Of a stretch of DNA of 64,000 bases, positions 26,558 through 40,064 are shown piece after piece. Every line of letters starts with the position of its first letter. Position 1 is the stretch's first letter. A model generated the notes under the pieces. It was not told the DNA's origin, did no database searches, and worked only from the letters and a program-made list of their open reading frames with translations. The position numbers were made by a program, and so were the translations under genes. This DNA comes from Anolis carolinensis (taxonomy: Eukaryota): positions 250,252,689-250,316,688 of the forward strand of contig NC_085841.1 in assembly GCF_035594765.1 (NCBI RefSeq), given 5' to 3'.

Positions 26558-26692
26558 CAGTGGTTCTCACCCTGTGGGTCCCCAGGTGTTTGGGCCTACA
26601 ACTCCCAGAAATCCCAGCCAGTTTACCAGCTGTTAGGATTTCTGGGATTTGAAGGCCAAAAACTCTGCGGACCCACAGGTTGAGAACCACTG
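26558..26692. mobile_element. 135-bp palindromic hAT MITE
   Basis: cagtggttctca...tgagaaccactg with a perfect 8-bp TSD, tcttagag. Confidence 0.93.
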
Positions 26693-27636
26693 TCTTAGAG
26701 GCTTTGAAATAATCAAGGCAATGGCTAATTAAGGAATAAAATGATATTAATAATCAATGTGCACTCATCTATCTCCGGAAACTGGAAATGAGATCTCCAT
26801 TTGCTGGATCTAACATTTATACACTACAAGGGCTGTAGAAAACAAGCAGTTCAATTTTATAGCCTTTACCTTGGTGCTTTTAATGACTGATGTACCAGTA
26901 AAACTATTTTGTGTCATTAGAGCAACTATATGTTTATGCCTCCCGAAAATGAATTTCCTCTCAGGCCTAGTGTGTAATACCAATTAACTTGAAATATGAG
27001 GATACTTATTTCCATTCATGAAACCCTATACAGTCCCTTATTGTATAGTGAACTGTCTCTTTCATCAAGCAGAATCTTTCCAGAAATTTCTGAGTAAGTT
27101 TCAGTCACATCGTGTAATCTGCAAAAGACTTTGTTACAATGGATGTGATTATCATTCATTGATTTTAAAATATTCACATGCCGAAGCATTCTGTTAGAAG
27201 GAAGATTCTTTCTTTCTGACTTTTGGATGTTTTCCTTTTGAATGTTTAATGTTTCTGGCATTTCAGCACACTTTGTTTTAATCCCAGTGGGTTGTATTGT
27301 AAAATTGCTAGCTATTTCCAGGCAGTTTGTCTGAAATAGAGAAGGTTAAATGCATCAAACAAATAGCTGTTATAGTATATGATGCTTCGCGAGTGTGAAG
27401 GAATTGTACCCTTTGGGGTTTTGAAGTCTACTAGTGTTCATTATTAAAGCACAAAATTGTACCTTGGTGGGAGCCATTAGCAGAGTGTCACAAGCATTGG
27501 ATGAGACAGAGAAGACAAGAGTGGTATCTGGTTTAAGTATGAGGAATAGATCGGCAGACAGTAAAGTCTGTATAAAAAAAATGTAGGAATAAATTCAAAT
27601 GGAACTAGATGATTAATGAAAGATATTCTTACGGTA

Positions 27637-28500
27637 TTTATTTATTTATGACATTTCCAAACTACCTCTCAATCCACCAGAGACTACTAGGCGATGTACA
27701 GTGGGTAGAAACATTTAGAGTGCTAAATATGTATTTTAAAAGAATCTTTAAAATCCTCTTTGAAAAAAGCTTTAAAATCACAGATAGTTCAAAGCAACCA
27801 GAGGAGCCTCCCCTTCTAAGAGCCAAAGGTCAAATGAAATTGCAAGATCTTAATTGCCTTCTGGAAACTCAGAATGGATGGAGCCAGTCCGATTTCCCTT
27901 CTATGGAGTTGCTACAGTGAAAGCCCTATCCAAGTGCATTCCATCCTAGGCTCTTGAAGTGATCAAAGAAATTACAGGACCTCTTCTGAGGCGCCTAGAT
28001 TTTGGGCAGACTCATATGGGAGAAGGCACTCTTACAGATATTCTGGGCCCAAGCCAATTAGAGCTTTATAGCTCGGCCGATACCTTGAATTACACTTAGA
28101 AGTAAATTGGCAACTACCACAGTTCTTGTAAAATTGGTATTATATGGCCTGTAAAGATAATGATGACTGCATTTTGCACTAGCTGTAGTTTCCCAAAACT
28201 TAAATACAGCCTTATACATGTTGCCTTGTAGCAGTCACTTCTAGGAAAGCTCACCTAGTAACAACCAAATCTAGACATTTCTGGCCTAAGCAGCTGCCTG
28301 ACCTTCCAAGAGCAATACGGCACCCAAGAACACTCCATGCTGCAAACATGATATTTCAGAGGGAATGAAACCCCACCCAGAAAGCCATACATTCCAAGCC
28401 CATTAGGTTTCCTGCTGACAAGTATAATTCTATAATTGAGCCTCAGTTTATTTGCTGACATCCAGTCAGTCGCTGTATCCACACAAATATTCTGGACTTT
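27637..28500 (-). mobile_element. Old L2 LINE 3' fragment
   Basis: ORF 28255..28482 has DWMSANKLRLN (L2 RT WM..NKLKLN). Decayed downstream sequence ends in an (AATA)n tail at ~27637. Confidence 0.6.
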
Positions 28501-28899
28501 TTATTCTAGTGACTGAATCGCATCATTCAAATCAGGAAACAAGACATTAAGTGGACAGGAACAAAGCAGGCTCACCTTTTTCCTTCTGTTTGTCAGTATT
28601 GCCAGTTTGGTTGTTTAATAAATGTGTACCAAACAATGGAAAGCAAAGCTTAATTTTAAACATTTATCAGGGTATGCCTCCAGACATATAGTATTGCCGA
28701 TCAAAATACATTTCCACTATAACTTATGCAGCCTTATTCATGTTGTTGCTGTATGCATTTAAGTCACAAGGTTTTGTTGGCAAGATTTGTCTTTAGTCTT
28801 TCTCTAAGACCAAAAGGTCATCCATTGGGTTCCCATGGCCAAATGGGGATCTGAACACTGCTCTCCAGAGTCATAGTTTTAACACTCAAACCACTAGAC

Positions 28900-29021
28900 T
28901 AGTGGTTCTCCCAGGTGTTTTGGCCTACACCTCTCAGAAATCCCAGCCAGTTTACCAGGTGTAAGGATTTCTGGGAGTTGAAGTCCAATACATTTGGGGA
29001 CCCACAGGTTGAGAATCGCTG
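28900..29021. mobile_element. Palindromic hAT MITE with a small internal deletion, inserted in an old SINE (28740-28899)
   Basis: Same family as 26558-26692. Confidence 0.8.
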
Positions 29022-29049
29022 CATTGGATCATGAGAGGTTCCTTTGGAG

Positions 29050-29250
29050 TATAATAATAATATAACTTTATTTTTATACCCCGCCCCATCTCCCCGAAGT
29101 GACTCGGGGCGGCTTACATGGGGCCAGGCCCGATAAAACAAACAAATAACAGTAACAAAGCAATAAAACAATTATCCCAGTAAAAAACATCAACATCAAT
29201 AAAAACAATTATTAAAATCAACAAGCAGGATACAGTGTTAAAAACAGGAG
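29050..29250 (-). mobile_element. L2-type LINE 3' end
   Basis: ataataataa...actttatttttataccccgccccatctccccgaagtgactcggggcggcttaca. Confidence 0.65.
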
Positions 29251-29937
29251 ACTAATTCGTAGTATCACTTTCCTTTGTTGGTTTCTGTTTCTTGTTTTGT
29301 TTTTTTAGTACTCCCGTTTCTCAGTTTAGGACAGATTGGATTCTGATATATGCAGAATGAAGTGCCTCATCCTGTAAGTTGTTCCTCACCTTAATAAAGC
29401 AAGCCAATGTTTAGCTTCCGTTGCCGAGTTTGGCCTTTATGGCCTATTTCACTGTTGTCCATTTAATATCTGGATTCTATTTTGTGTTTCAAACTCTGTG
29501 TTCTCCATATTGTTGCCTGTTTTATTGGTGACTGTCTTTAACTTTGTTTATTATTTGCGTTCACTGATTTTTTGGGGGGCTTTGTAATGGACCTTTGGTC
29601 TATTTCTCTTCGTCAAAGACAAAATTGTTTTTAAACAGCACATCCTTCTTAATGCATGTATGAGCAGTTTTGTAAGTTTATTTATTAATTACTATATTTA
29701 TATCCCGCTCCCTCCCACCCCAAAGGGGACTCAGAGTGGCTTACAAACATCCAACTTAATCTGAATCCTAGTTACAAACGTGGGGGATGTCCTTAGTGGG
29801 TCCAAGAGCAGGAGTGCCAGCCAGTAGCGCTCACTGGACCTTTTGCAGTATTTGAAAATGTTTAAGCACTGGTAAAAATAAATAATATGTTAAGACAGAC
29901 ATCTATCCAAGTTGCATTTAAATTAGAACTCCAAACA

Positions 29938-30009
<72 letters not shown>
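29938..30009. repeat. (TA)n(GA)n compound microsatellite
   Basis: Direct reading. Confidence 0.95.
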
Positions 30010-30119
30010 CGCTAGCTATCTTTGGTTAGTATGGTGTGGAATGAAAGCCACTGTGAGATTTTTACTGCTATCTTCATCCTCATTAGAAATATTTAATTTC
30101 CTTTCTTGTCCCTGAGACA

Positions 30120-30445
30120 ACTGAAAATCAGAGGAACTCTGCCTCTAGGAAGGGAAATTCACTCCTGAAAGAGTTATCATGGGGAAAAGGTGCCTCCACT
30201 GAAGCTTTCTCGCCAGTCCTCGCTCACACAACAAGCCAACATCCAGTTGTCACAGGGACTGAAAGTGAGGTGAAAACCTCTGAATAGGAGCACAGACAGC
30301 AAAACAAATTCCTTCCCTATGCCTTCCAAAACAACAACAACAACAACAACAACTGAGTGGAGTTATACTTTAAAATGTATTTGTTCTGACTGGCATACAA
30401 ATTAAATTTTAGAACAAACCTACAGAACCTTCTTGTTCATAACCC
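30120..30445. mobile_element. Partial copy of the 594-1005 element in reverse orientation, containing an (AAC)n tract
   Basis: gggaaattcactcctgaaag...cactgaagctttctc...agaacaaacctacagaacct is the reverse complement of 620-910. Confidence 0.7.
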
Positions 30446-30576
30446 AGGAACAGGCACAGAATTGTGCTGAGATCTGCCTGAAAATTCACAGTGAGTTGTA
30501 CTTGTTTGCTTGCTTATTTATTTATACTGCATGTGGATCCAACCTTTTCTCCTGGGAGGCTATAATGGTGCAAGTA

Positions 30577-30899
30577 CAGTAGAGTCCCACTTATCCAACA
30601 CTCGCTTATCCAACGTTCTGGATTATCCAACGCATTTTTGTAGTCAATGTTTTTAATACATCGTGATATTTTGGTGCTAAATTCGTAAATACAGTAATTA
30701 CTACATAGCATTACTGTGTATTGAACTACTTTTTCTGTCAAATTTGTTGTATAACATGATGTTTTTGTGCTTAATTTGTAAAATCATAACCTAATTTGAT
30801 GTTTAATAGGCTTTTCCTTAATCCCTCCTTATTATCCAACATATTCACTTATCCAACATTCTGCCGGCCCGTTTATGTTGGATAAGTGAGACACTACTG
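30577..30899. mobile_element. Tc1/mariner MITE
   Basis: TA-cagtagagtcccacttatccaac...gataagtgagacactactg-TA. Confidence 0.92.
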
Positions 30900-31987
30900 T
30901 AGTTTTCTACATCCATGTGGCATGTATCAGTCTGAGAAGTAATGACTGACTCAAGGTCACCCAGTGAGTTTCATGGCTAAGTGATAATCTGAAAATAGGT
31001 AAAACTAATCATGTCTAAGCATCACACCTAAGAAAGTGGTTTTAGATCCTTTATCAGGGAAGTTCAGAAGGCCGTTAAAAGATCTAAAGTGTTACGAAGT
31101 TTAGTTTGTGCTATTGGCACATCTGGGTTGCCAACTTGCTTGTTTGTTTTACCTTTAAAACTAGATTGTAAGGGTTTATCCCCTATGGAGGCCCAAATAC
31201 TGTGTGTCCCCCTCTCCTTCCATCAAGGAAATTCCTTTAATTTGAAAGGCTTTTACCTTACTTCTCCATCTCACTTCCAATGCACCTTAAGTTTTAGCAC
31301 TGTCCATCTGTGCTCCTCAGATGAGTAAAAGGAAACATTTATCATGCACTTCTGAGCTTTGGTTTTCTCATTACATTAACATAACCATTTGTAGAAATCA
31401 GCCTTGAAGAATGTAGAGCAAAGCTAATGAATAGTTATGTTATCCAGGTAGCTTGTCAATAGAAAAAAATTAATAACCAGGATTTGGGGATTATTCTAGG
31501 GTACTAAAAGTCAGAAATTCCATATTCTCCCATGTTTTGAGGCTGTGGGTAATCTATATTTGTTGCCTGTGTCTTCGGGCCATAGCCTTGGACAAAACAC
31601 TGCCGGAAGCCTAGATGAGGAGCCTGTGAACATATTTATTCATAATCCATATTCATTCAGTAAACATGAAAAGTAATCAAGTAGCGGAGTGACATTTGTA
31701 TTCTGGAGATAGAAAATGCTGCATATAGAATAGTAGACTCACTGGATAGACAAATAAAAGCAGAGCTTGGGATTATGAATGAAATAATTAGTTGTTGTCA
31801 GTATAATTTGTATATTGAATCAGTGATATTTAAATATAGATATTGACTGTTAAGTTTTTGCAAGAATGTAAATCTTGTCAAATATCAATGGAAAACTTGT
31901 CTACTCATCATGACTCTGGCAGGACATAGGAGGTTGCCATATATGTTGAAGAGGTTTTTCAATCTAGCTCAGCTGTATATTGTAGAA

Positions 31988-32118
31988 AAGTGGTTCTCAA
32001 CCTGGGGTCCCCAGATGTTTTTGGCCTACAACTCTCTGAAATCCCAGCCAGTTTTCCGTTAGGATTTCTGGGAGTTGAAAGCCAAAAACATCTTGGGACC
32101 CCAGGTTGAGAACCACTA
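31988..32118. mobile_element. Palindromic hAT MITE
   Basis: Family match; TSD ttgtagaa/ctgtagaa. Confidence 0.88.
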
Positions 32119-32452
32119 CTGTAGAAGGTAGCCAATCTCCATGGTATCAAGCAGCTGTCTTTTCCATCTTCTCATAACTGAATCTGGGTCATTGTGCCTC
32201 CAAACCTATGCAGTTTTGACTATCAATTAACTTTATTGATATTTTGTGTTTATCTTCTTATTTAAAATATTTTTTAAAGCACTGCTAAAATAGCCTTGGC
32301 CAAAATGCATATCAGAACACAAATATTAATATCAATCGGCATTATACCCCTTCTTTATCCCAGAGTGGGAATCATGGTCTCCATAAGATGCCCAAGTTTT
32401 GGAAATTACAAGGGCAAGCAAGAATTAAACCTACAGAGGAGATAGAAAGATT

Positions 32453-32655
32453 GGCCCTTTCCACACTATACAATCATAGCCCTATTATTCCACTTTGGCT
32501 GCCATGGCAATATGTTGTAAAATCCTAAGATGTATAGTTTGATGAAGCCTTAGAGGAGATCTCTTGCTGAGAATCCTAAGGATTCTGTAAGATGGAACTA
32601 CGGCATTTAAAGTGGAATCATAGAGCTATATACTGTATAGTGTAAATATAGGTCC
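32453..32655. mobile_element. Old palindromic MITE (Harbinger-like)
   Basis: Inverted arms acactataca...tagc.cta..attccacttt / aaagtggaat...tagagcta...tgtatagtgt. Confidence 0.5.
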
Positions 32656-33511
32656 ATTGCTAATGATGAGGATTTTTGACTACTCCCACAGCAACTACAG
32701 ACTTATATACATGCAGGAGAAATACATGGCAGAGTTTTGTAGTGAGACCTGAATGATTCAAGCAGCAGGCTGTTGTCCCAAGTATGAATACTGTCCAATA
32801 CATTTTGTTGCCTGAGGAAAAGGGAAGAGGGCATTCTTTTCCATTCCATGTTAAAAAAAGCTGAGTGGAATTATAAATGAATCCAAATAATGAGGTGGCA
32901 TTGTCTCCTGCTTTGAAACGCATCAGGTAGCCTGAGGCTGTGTGGAGGGAGATTGCATAAGGAGAGTCAGGGAACAGACTGGCTTCAAAGGGAAAGGGGG
33001 GACAATCTATTGTGTTTGTGTTGTCTCAGCTCATTGCCTGCTTTGCTGTGTTAGTATCTCTTAGGAGATTTTTTTAAAAAAAAAATCACACAAAGGAGCA
33101 TTTTAAAAACATTGACAGTTCATTCTTCCATGTTGCACTACTGCATGTGTAGATCAGTTATTAGTAATCAATGAAACTTGGATGTTTGGTTGTTGGTCTA
33201 CACTTGGAGAAGAATACTGAGGCTGTAAAATGGGTTGAACCCCTTGCACATGGAATTGGGTCATGTTTATGTTAAAAAGATGAGGACCAAAGGCCAAATT
33301 CTGGAGTAAATAGAACCTTTTCCTGCTTGTACAATTATTTATTTATTTATTTAGGTAATCAGTAAAAGGTTGGGGCAGGGTTGTTTCCTGTTTGTAGCCA
33401 GAAGTGGTATTTCCTGTTCTAATAGCACAAGAAGAGCTCTGCAAGATCGGGCTAAAGTTGTGCCTAACCAAGCATCCTGATCTCCAGGTGCCTAAATATG
33501 TGGCTCTAGAA

Positions 33512-33646
33512 CAGTGGTTCTCAACCTGGGGTCCCCAGATGTTTTTGGCCTACAATTCCCAGAAATCCCAGCCAGTTTACCAGCTGTTAGGATTTCTGGG
33601 AATTGAAGGCCAAAAACATCTGGGGACCTCAGGTTGAAAACCACTG
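33512..33646. mobile_element. Palindromic hAT MITE
   Basis: Family match; TSD ctctagaa/ctgtagga. Confidence 0.9.
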
Positions 33647-34215
33647 CTGTAGGAAATCTGCACATGAAGACAATGTTATCTTTTTTATCTTGATCCCAAG
33701 AGCTGATATACAGAGGTCTGCCGCTGATACTGGATGTAGTGCTTAGCTATCGTGATGGCTCTCAGTCATTGATTCCACCCCTCATTTTGTTTTGTGTCTT
33801 GATCCAACTCATGTTGCCAGAAGAGACCAGATAGTTCCACTGGCAGTTATATTTCATTTCCTCCGGCAAATACAAGATATTTCAGTCTCAGAGGAAGAAT
33901 ATTTAAATTCCAAACTCTTGGTGGTTACTCAAAAGCTAATGAGCTTTGGTATTTCGCTGGCCTTGATGAGATCTGTCTTTCAAATTCATTGCATTAGCCA
34001 AGTGATCTCACTCAGTCTTTAGATTGGGGTGGGCTAGTCCAATGGGTCTGGGGAAGGGGGGGGCACTTTTCTGCCCTGGCAATCTCTGCCAAAAATACCA
34101 GCAAAAAGAGGTGTATGAAAGTGGCCAGAAATCTTCCTCTGGGCTTAAAAAAAACCCCAATACCTTTTTGGTAGTATCAGTACCATCAACACACAGAAAA
34201 GGCAAATTACAATTA

Positions 34216-34799
34216 CACTATCTAACATGATTTTTATTCCTGGATTATAAATGTCATTTCTTAACTGGTTCTATCATAAAACACTGAAAAAGTATATTAA
34301 ACTGCAAAAACTTTTTTTGGGGGGGGTGAATATCTGATAAGAGTATCAACCAATTCATCATTGTTTGTAGCAGCCCCAAAACCAAGTGTCTTGAGTATAA
34401 CAACTACTTTCAAAGTAAGTACAGTAGAGTCTCATTTATCCAACGTTCTGGATTATCCAACGCATTTTTGTAGTAAATGTTTTCAATGCATTGTGATATT
34501 TTGGTGCTAAATTTGTAAATACAGTAATTACTACATAGCATTAATGTGCAATGAACTACTTTTTCTGTCAAATTTGTTGTATAACATGTTTTGGTGCTTA
34601 ATTTGTAAAATCCTAACCTATTTTGATGTTTAATAGGCTTTTTCTTAATCTCTTCTTATTATCCAACATATTCGCTTATCCAACATTCTGCTGGCCCGCT
34701 TATGTTGGATAAGTAAGACTCTACTGTACTGCACAATTAAATAGGAAATAACACTTTCACACCAGGAACAGATAATGTTTCAAATTTTGTTACATAGTG
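34216..34799. mobile_element. Chapaev3-like non-autonomous DNA transposon, interrupted by a Tc1/mariner MITE
   Basis: Termini CACtatctaaca...tgttacataGTG with 3-bp TSD TTA on both sides. Confidence 0.65.
34422..34726. mobile_element. Tc1/mariner MITE (nested)
   Basis: TA-cagtagagtctcatttatccaac...gactctactg-TA. Confidence 0.9.
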
Positions 34800-37685
34800 T
34801 TATTGTAGACCACTAGGAGAGGTAAATCACCCTTTTATGGGCAAAAACAGAGTGATGAGGGAAGTCTTGAGGGTTCAAGGGCTGCCAAAACAACCTTGGG
34901 GGACTCATGTTGACTTCCCGGCTTTACAGGGGTAATTGGTATGTAAATATGGCACTGGGAATGTCAGAACATGTTGCAGCAAAGTGCCACTCTGTGGATG
35001 GGTTGGGCAACTGCTATAATTACTGTTCGTCAAAAACTAATTGTGGTATTGTAATCTTAGTCCCTCTGAAAGGGATGACGTGTGCATTTAATGTAGGCAG
35101 CATTTACTAGAGATCGGATTCCAGTTAAGTTCTGGGAATCCTCATTATGCCGTTACCTGGCATATTCTCTGATATATCCCAGGCAAGAGACAGAGGAGCT
35201 GATGTTAGTCGGTTGCTGCTGACACCAGAGTATCTTTGCACTTGGTCTCTGACCTTTCTCTTCCCCTCCTGGGACAGGATATGTCACTTAACTTTCTGAG
35301 GCTTTGGGCTTTAGTGCAATCATGTCAATATTCACTTAACACAAAATGACATCTCTCTGAAGAATGTGCATCAGAGGTGTTTTGCTGCAAAAACCATGAG
35401 CCTTCCTGGGCAATCCCAGAAAACTTTATGCAGCATATTATATACAGCAGCAGGCTTAAGAACATCTTGGAGAATTTTCTTAGAAAATCAAAGGAAGCTT
35501 ATCTAAACCTATTCAGAGTCATAATGCAGTAGCTGGGAGGGACATAAACAGCTTTCGTATTAGTTTTCTGTGCAGTTCTCAAATAGCCTAGGAGGATTTA
35601 ACAGTTAACTTTGCAAGAACAGTGAAAAGTGGGATATTGAAAGGATGGTGAGAGTTGATATGAGGTGGCATTTCTGGGGATTTAATTTCTGTGCAGTAAC
35701 AAGGGAAATGAATGATTCTGGAAAATATATATTAAGTGGTTGATGATGAGATGAAGAACAGCTTTGTCCAAGGGCTTTTTGCTACCAAGAAAATGCCATT
35801 TCTATTGCCATTACTCATCCCACCCATAATGATGAAATCAGAAAACTATTAAGGAGAAGAATGACAGGGAAGGATTATCTAATCCATATGCCCACACCAT
35901 ATTTTGCATCTGGGACCAATTATATTTATATCATTCCTAATGTAAATAGGGAGGGAGATCCTTTGCAGTTCATAATGTAATGATTTCCAGGCAAAATAGA
36001 GTGTGTTTTTCATAAAGTGTAAACGGAATAAAAAATTGACCAGTATGTACTATATATTTACCAAAGTATGATTCCTTTCTAGTCTGTGTGATATGTTTTT
36101 TACATGAAAAAGCTTGGTAGAAAACCCCTGGAGCTGGCCATTTCTCATAGAAAGCACAGTTTCAGCATTCTGAATGTCTTGAGATGGAATTAAAATGTAT
36201 TTATGGGAGGAAGTTAGTTTTAGCAGTTTTTACTCTGTCCTTCAAAATAGCATCTTAGCTCATTTATTTTATTAATAATCAGAAGTTGTTTGATAGATGT
36301 AATCCATGTCCTCCAAATATGTGTGTTGTTGTGGTACAGAAGGATGGGGAAAAGAACAGAGCCATTTTGCATTACTTGATCTAAAGCACTTCTGCATCAC
36401 CAGTGGTGTGTGAGGCCCTCACCCAAACATTTCTGCCTACAGATTGGGACTGAAGGCATAAACATTATTACATCAGTCCAGAGCCCAACACATCTGTTAA
36501 AATATGGGCTGGGCTGGGAAAGACACATGGAAGTCTGTGATATGGTTGACTCCCAGATTGTGACATTTAGGCAACTTGTTTCCACATAAGTATCAAAATA
36601 TCTCATAAAGTTATACACAAATAACAAATTTGCCTCTTAACAGCTACTCACCACTTTAAAGAGCCAAACCAAACCCAGACAGATATTTATAGTGAAGCTC
36701 AATTGACAATACAGTGTGAACTAGTAACTGAATTATGTGTGCAAGAATGAGGGGGAAGATTTATCAGGAGATTGTATAGGCTCATTTTTTTGTGGAGAAC
36801 CAGTTCTTGCGTAAGGAAATTAAACTGTCATGACAAAAAACATATTCCGAACTAGCAGACTAAGTGTAAAAGCACAAGCATTATTATGCCTGTTAATCTG
36901 CATGGTACCTGCATACGACAATTTTTGTCACGCCAAGGGATTACAGTTACTGATATATGGTTCCTTGGGTTGAAAATTGTCCTAGATATGTGCACCCAAA
37001 TGAGGTTCAACACAATACGTTGTAGTGATCTAGGTATGCACATTAATCTCAGTACCTGCACTAGCATCACTCACATGTTTCTAAATATTAAATGTAGTAT
37101 TGTTTAATAAAATGAGCTAGAAATCCTGACCAACCTGACCTTTCAGAATCAGCCCTCATTTAAAATAACATGATACTGTTGTTACTTTTATGGTAAGATT
37201 ATAGTGAAAGCTTGGCTATTATAGGTTAGCTTGTGTGCTTAGGAAAAACACTGTGTAAATTCTGAGTTGCTAATGTGAATAAATGAGCAATACAATACAT
37301 TATACTAAATGCCCAACTACATTTCAAGAACACTCAATACTGGAGAATGATATTGCTCTACTAAAATATTAGTTCCTTGAGGTGCATACTTACCTTAAAA
37401 AAAAAAAGCAAAATGCAACTGCCAGAGAAGGTTTTTATATAGCATTATAAATGTTGTATTAAAAAGTTAATCTCCAGGCTCTAAAGCAAACAGCAAATAA
37501 AACTAAACCATAAACATTGCCTTGAACGGGAGATCTGACATAAACCTTTTTTTTAAAAAAAAAAAGCCAGCTGCCATTCATCTATATGATCATTTTGGAA
37601 GCTTTGTTGAGAAGTGCACTAGGCCACTTTTCTAACAACAACAACACAACAACAATAATAATCTGTTAAACCTTTTTTCCAACAG

Positions 37686-37756
37686 GGTGTGGGCACTGCA
37701 AGAAAATGAAGCCAGAATATGAGAACGCTGCTGAGATGCTCCATGCAGACAGTGAG
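37686..37756 (+). CDS. PDIA5: PDIA5 coding exon (71 bp) carrying the CGHC active site
   Basis: Acceptor ttttttccaacAG, donor GTaagc. Completes the split Trp codon (T|GG) and reads WCGHCKKMKPEYENAAEMLHADSE. Confidence 0.97.
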
Positions 37757-38869
37757 GTAAGCTAATTCCCTTTTCTAACTCTTTTTCCAAATGATTCTTA
37801 ATAAATAACTGAAATCATAAAAAATTGTCCATCTTTCTTGCTGCAGCTATTTCAGCTGTTCTCACCTTCCCAAGGGGCTGCAAAAGAGATTGTTCCAAAG
37901 TATAATCTCATCGGTAATGCATGAGCCCTGCCAAAATTGTTAGCAAGAACATTTTGTCTTTGAAAGCACGCATACACACAATGCAAGGTATTCATATATT
38001 CAGCTGTAGTGGTTTGCATTGTACACAACATGAGTGAGTACAAATGCTGCACGGAAATGTTTTCTCTCCTCCATTAATTACACATTTCATGTTTAAATGC
38101 AAACCTACAAAAAGCCCTGGCTTGTATTTGTGACTTGTGCTTGTAAAACTAATAAGGGTGTTCTCCTCCTTTGTACATCTGTTTAAGCAGGTGTCATAGG
38201 CTTTGACTAACTTGTATGTTTAAGTAGTGTGCCTTCCAATAATGCAAAGCATTATGTGTGGCTGTTAATATTAGTGCAATTAAAGCAACACTCTAATAGG
38301 GTCATACAGTAAGAGCTAACCTTGCGACACAATTTGGGCACTTACACTCTTTTCCTGTTTGTGGGCAGGGAGGGAGAATCTCATCTGCTGAATAATGGTT
38401 GGAACTAACTAAAATGCAAAAGTATGTAGATTTTTTAAGCCAGCAAAAACTATCAGAAAAGAAAGTTCTAACAATGAATATTGGCATGGACCTACTTATA
38501 TAAGCCCTTGAGTTGAGGTCTGAGGCTAAGTTATTATCACTGTCCAGAGAAGATGTTCATATTTTGGTTATCTCGTGCTTAGTTTCCATTTCTTCCCTTG
38601 CAACGTGCATCTAAATGTATAGTTTATTGGTATATTTCTTGAGATGCTTCTTGAAATGAATTATAAAAATAGTTAAACTTTGCAGCTCCTGGTCGGAAAA
38701 GTAATAGAAGTTTCAAGCAAATCTTTGTTACACACATATGAACATCCTTTGTAGAATTATGCAACATATTTTCGCTTTGGATGATTGATCTGAGAATTCT
38801 TATTCCTTTTTTGTGAGTTCATACTTCAAACCAATGATTTATGGCTAATCGTATTTTTGTGTATTGCAG

Positions 38870-39033
38870 AGACCAGGTGTTCTGGCAGCTGTAGATGCTA
38901 CTGTCAACAAAGCTGTAGCAGAAAAATTTCACATATCAGGATTTCCAACATTAAAATATTTCCAAGATGGAGAGGAGAAATATACTCTGCCACACTTGCG
39001 AACAAAGAGTAAAATTGTTGAATGGCTTCAAAA
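38870..39033 (+). CDS. PDIA5: PDIA5 coding exon (164 bp)
   Basis: Acceptor gtattgcAG, donor GTaagt. Reads RPGVLAAVDATVNKAVAEKFHISGFPTLKYFQDGEEKYTLPHLRTKSKIVEWLQ(N), including the thioredoxin cis-Pro motif GFPT. Phase fits both neighbours. Confidence 0.97.
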
Positions 39034-39710
39034 GTAAGTGATATGCAATGACAATATATCAAACTGAATAACTTAACTACCAGGTTTTGCTTTTTGTATA
39101 TATAAAAGCAAATCTCGAATGACTGGCTCTTCTCATTTTAATGTTGTGGTCTTCTGTTGTCAGGTATTATAAAGTCTATGTTTAATTTTTAAAGAACCAT
39201 TCTTTTCTAGAGGGTTTTTTTGTAGAACATACTCTTCGTACTACTTTTCTAAACTAAATGGTTTCAAATACAGTAAGCTTTTGTTCAGAGACACAAGAGC
39301 AAAAAATGCTCCAGAATAAACAGTATAAGGAAAAAGGGGAAACAATTTAAATGTTTTCAGGGTGCTTGTTTTCTTCCTCTTGCAATAGAAATGTAGTTTT
39401 TCTGTTGTTTTCAAATTCTGTTTGATTATATTAGATTATATTTCAGAGCAAAATCACTTCTGAGGATACCTGGAAACCCTATGAAATTCATGGTGCCGCC
39501 ATAAATTGATGGTGATTCCAAGCGTGCGCATGCACACACACACACATAGATGTGACAGAACAGAGCAGGGATTTCCTCTTGTCCTGATTCTTGGGATGCA
39601 TTCAGTAGATCTACAGATGCCAAGTACTGTCCTGGGTGTTTATTTGTTTATTTTATTTTAACTGAGTTCTTTGTTAAATGACTAGTTTGGAGCAATGGGA
39701 ATGTTTCATA

Positions 39711-40064
39711 GGGTGCATCTACTCTGTAGATTTAATGTAATTTGACACCTCTGGAATTGTCATGGCTCAATGCTGGGAGGTGCAGTTGTACAAGGTCTTT
39801 AGTCTTTTCTGCAAAGAGTGTTGGGTCCTTACTAAACAACAACTCCTTTGATTCCATAGCATTGATCCACAGGTGTTCAAGTAGTGTCAGACTGCATTCA
39901 TTATACCATGTAGATCAGTGATTCTCAACCTGGTGTCCCCAGATGTTTTTGGCCAACAGCTTCCAGAAATCCCAGCCAGTTTAACAACTGTTAGGATTTC
40001 TGGGAGTTGAAGGCCAAAAACATCTGGGAACCCCAGGTTAAGAACCACTGGTGTAGATGCACCC
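39711..40064. mobile_element. Harbinger-type MITE with a nested hAT MITE
   Basis: TIRs gggtgcatctac / gtagatgcaccc; 3-bp TSD ATA. Confidence 0.75.
39916..40050. mobile_element. Palindromic hAT MITE (nested)
   Basis: Family match; TSD atgtagat/gtgtagat. Confidence 0.9.

Noticed and set aside
34025-34930. Possible third, outer old hAT element around the Chapaev3-like nest
   Set aside because: No convincing TIR pair or TSD found.
35741-35845. TGATGA motifs suggesting an intronic C/D snoRNA (also near 541 and 59661)
   Set aside because: No properly spaced CTGA with a terminal stem and no recognisable rRNA complementarity.
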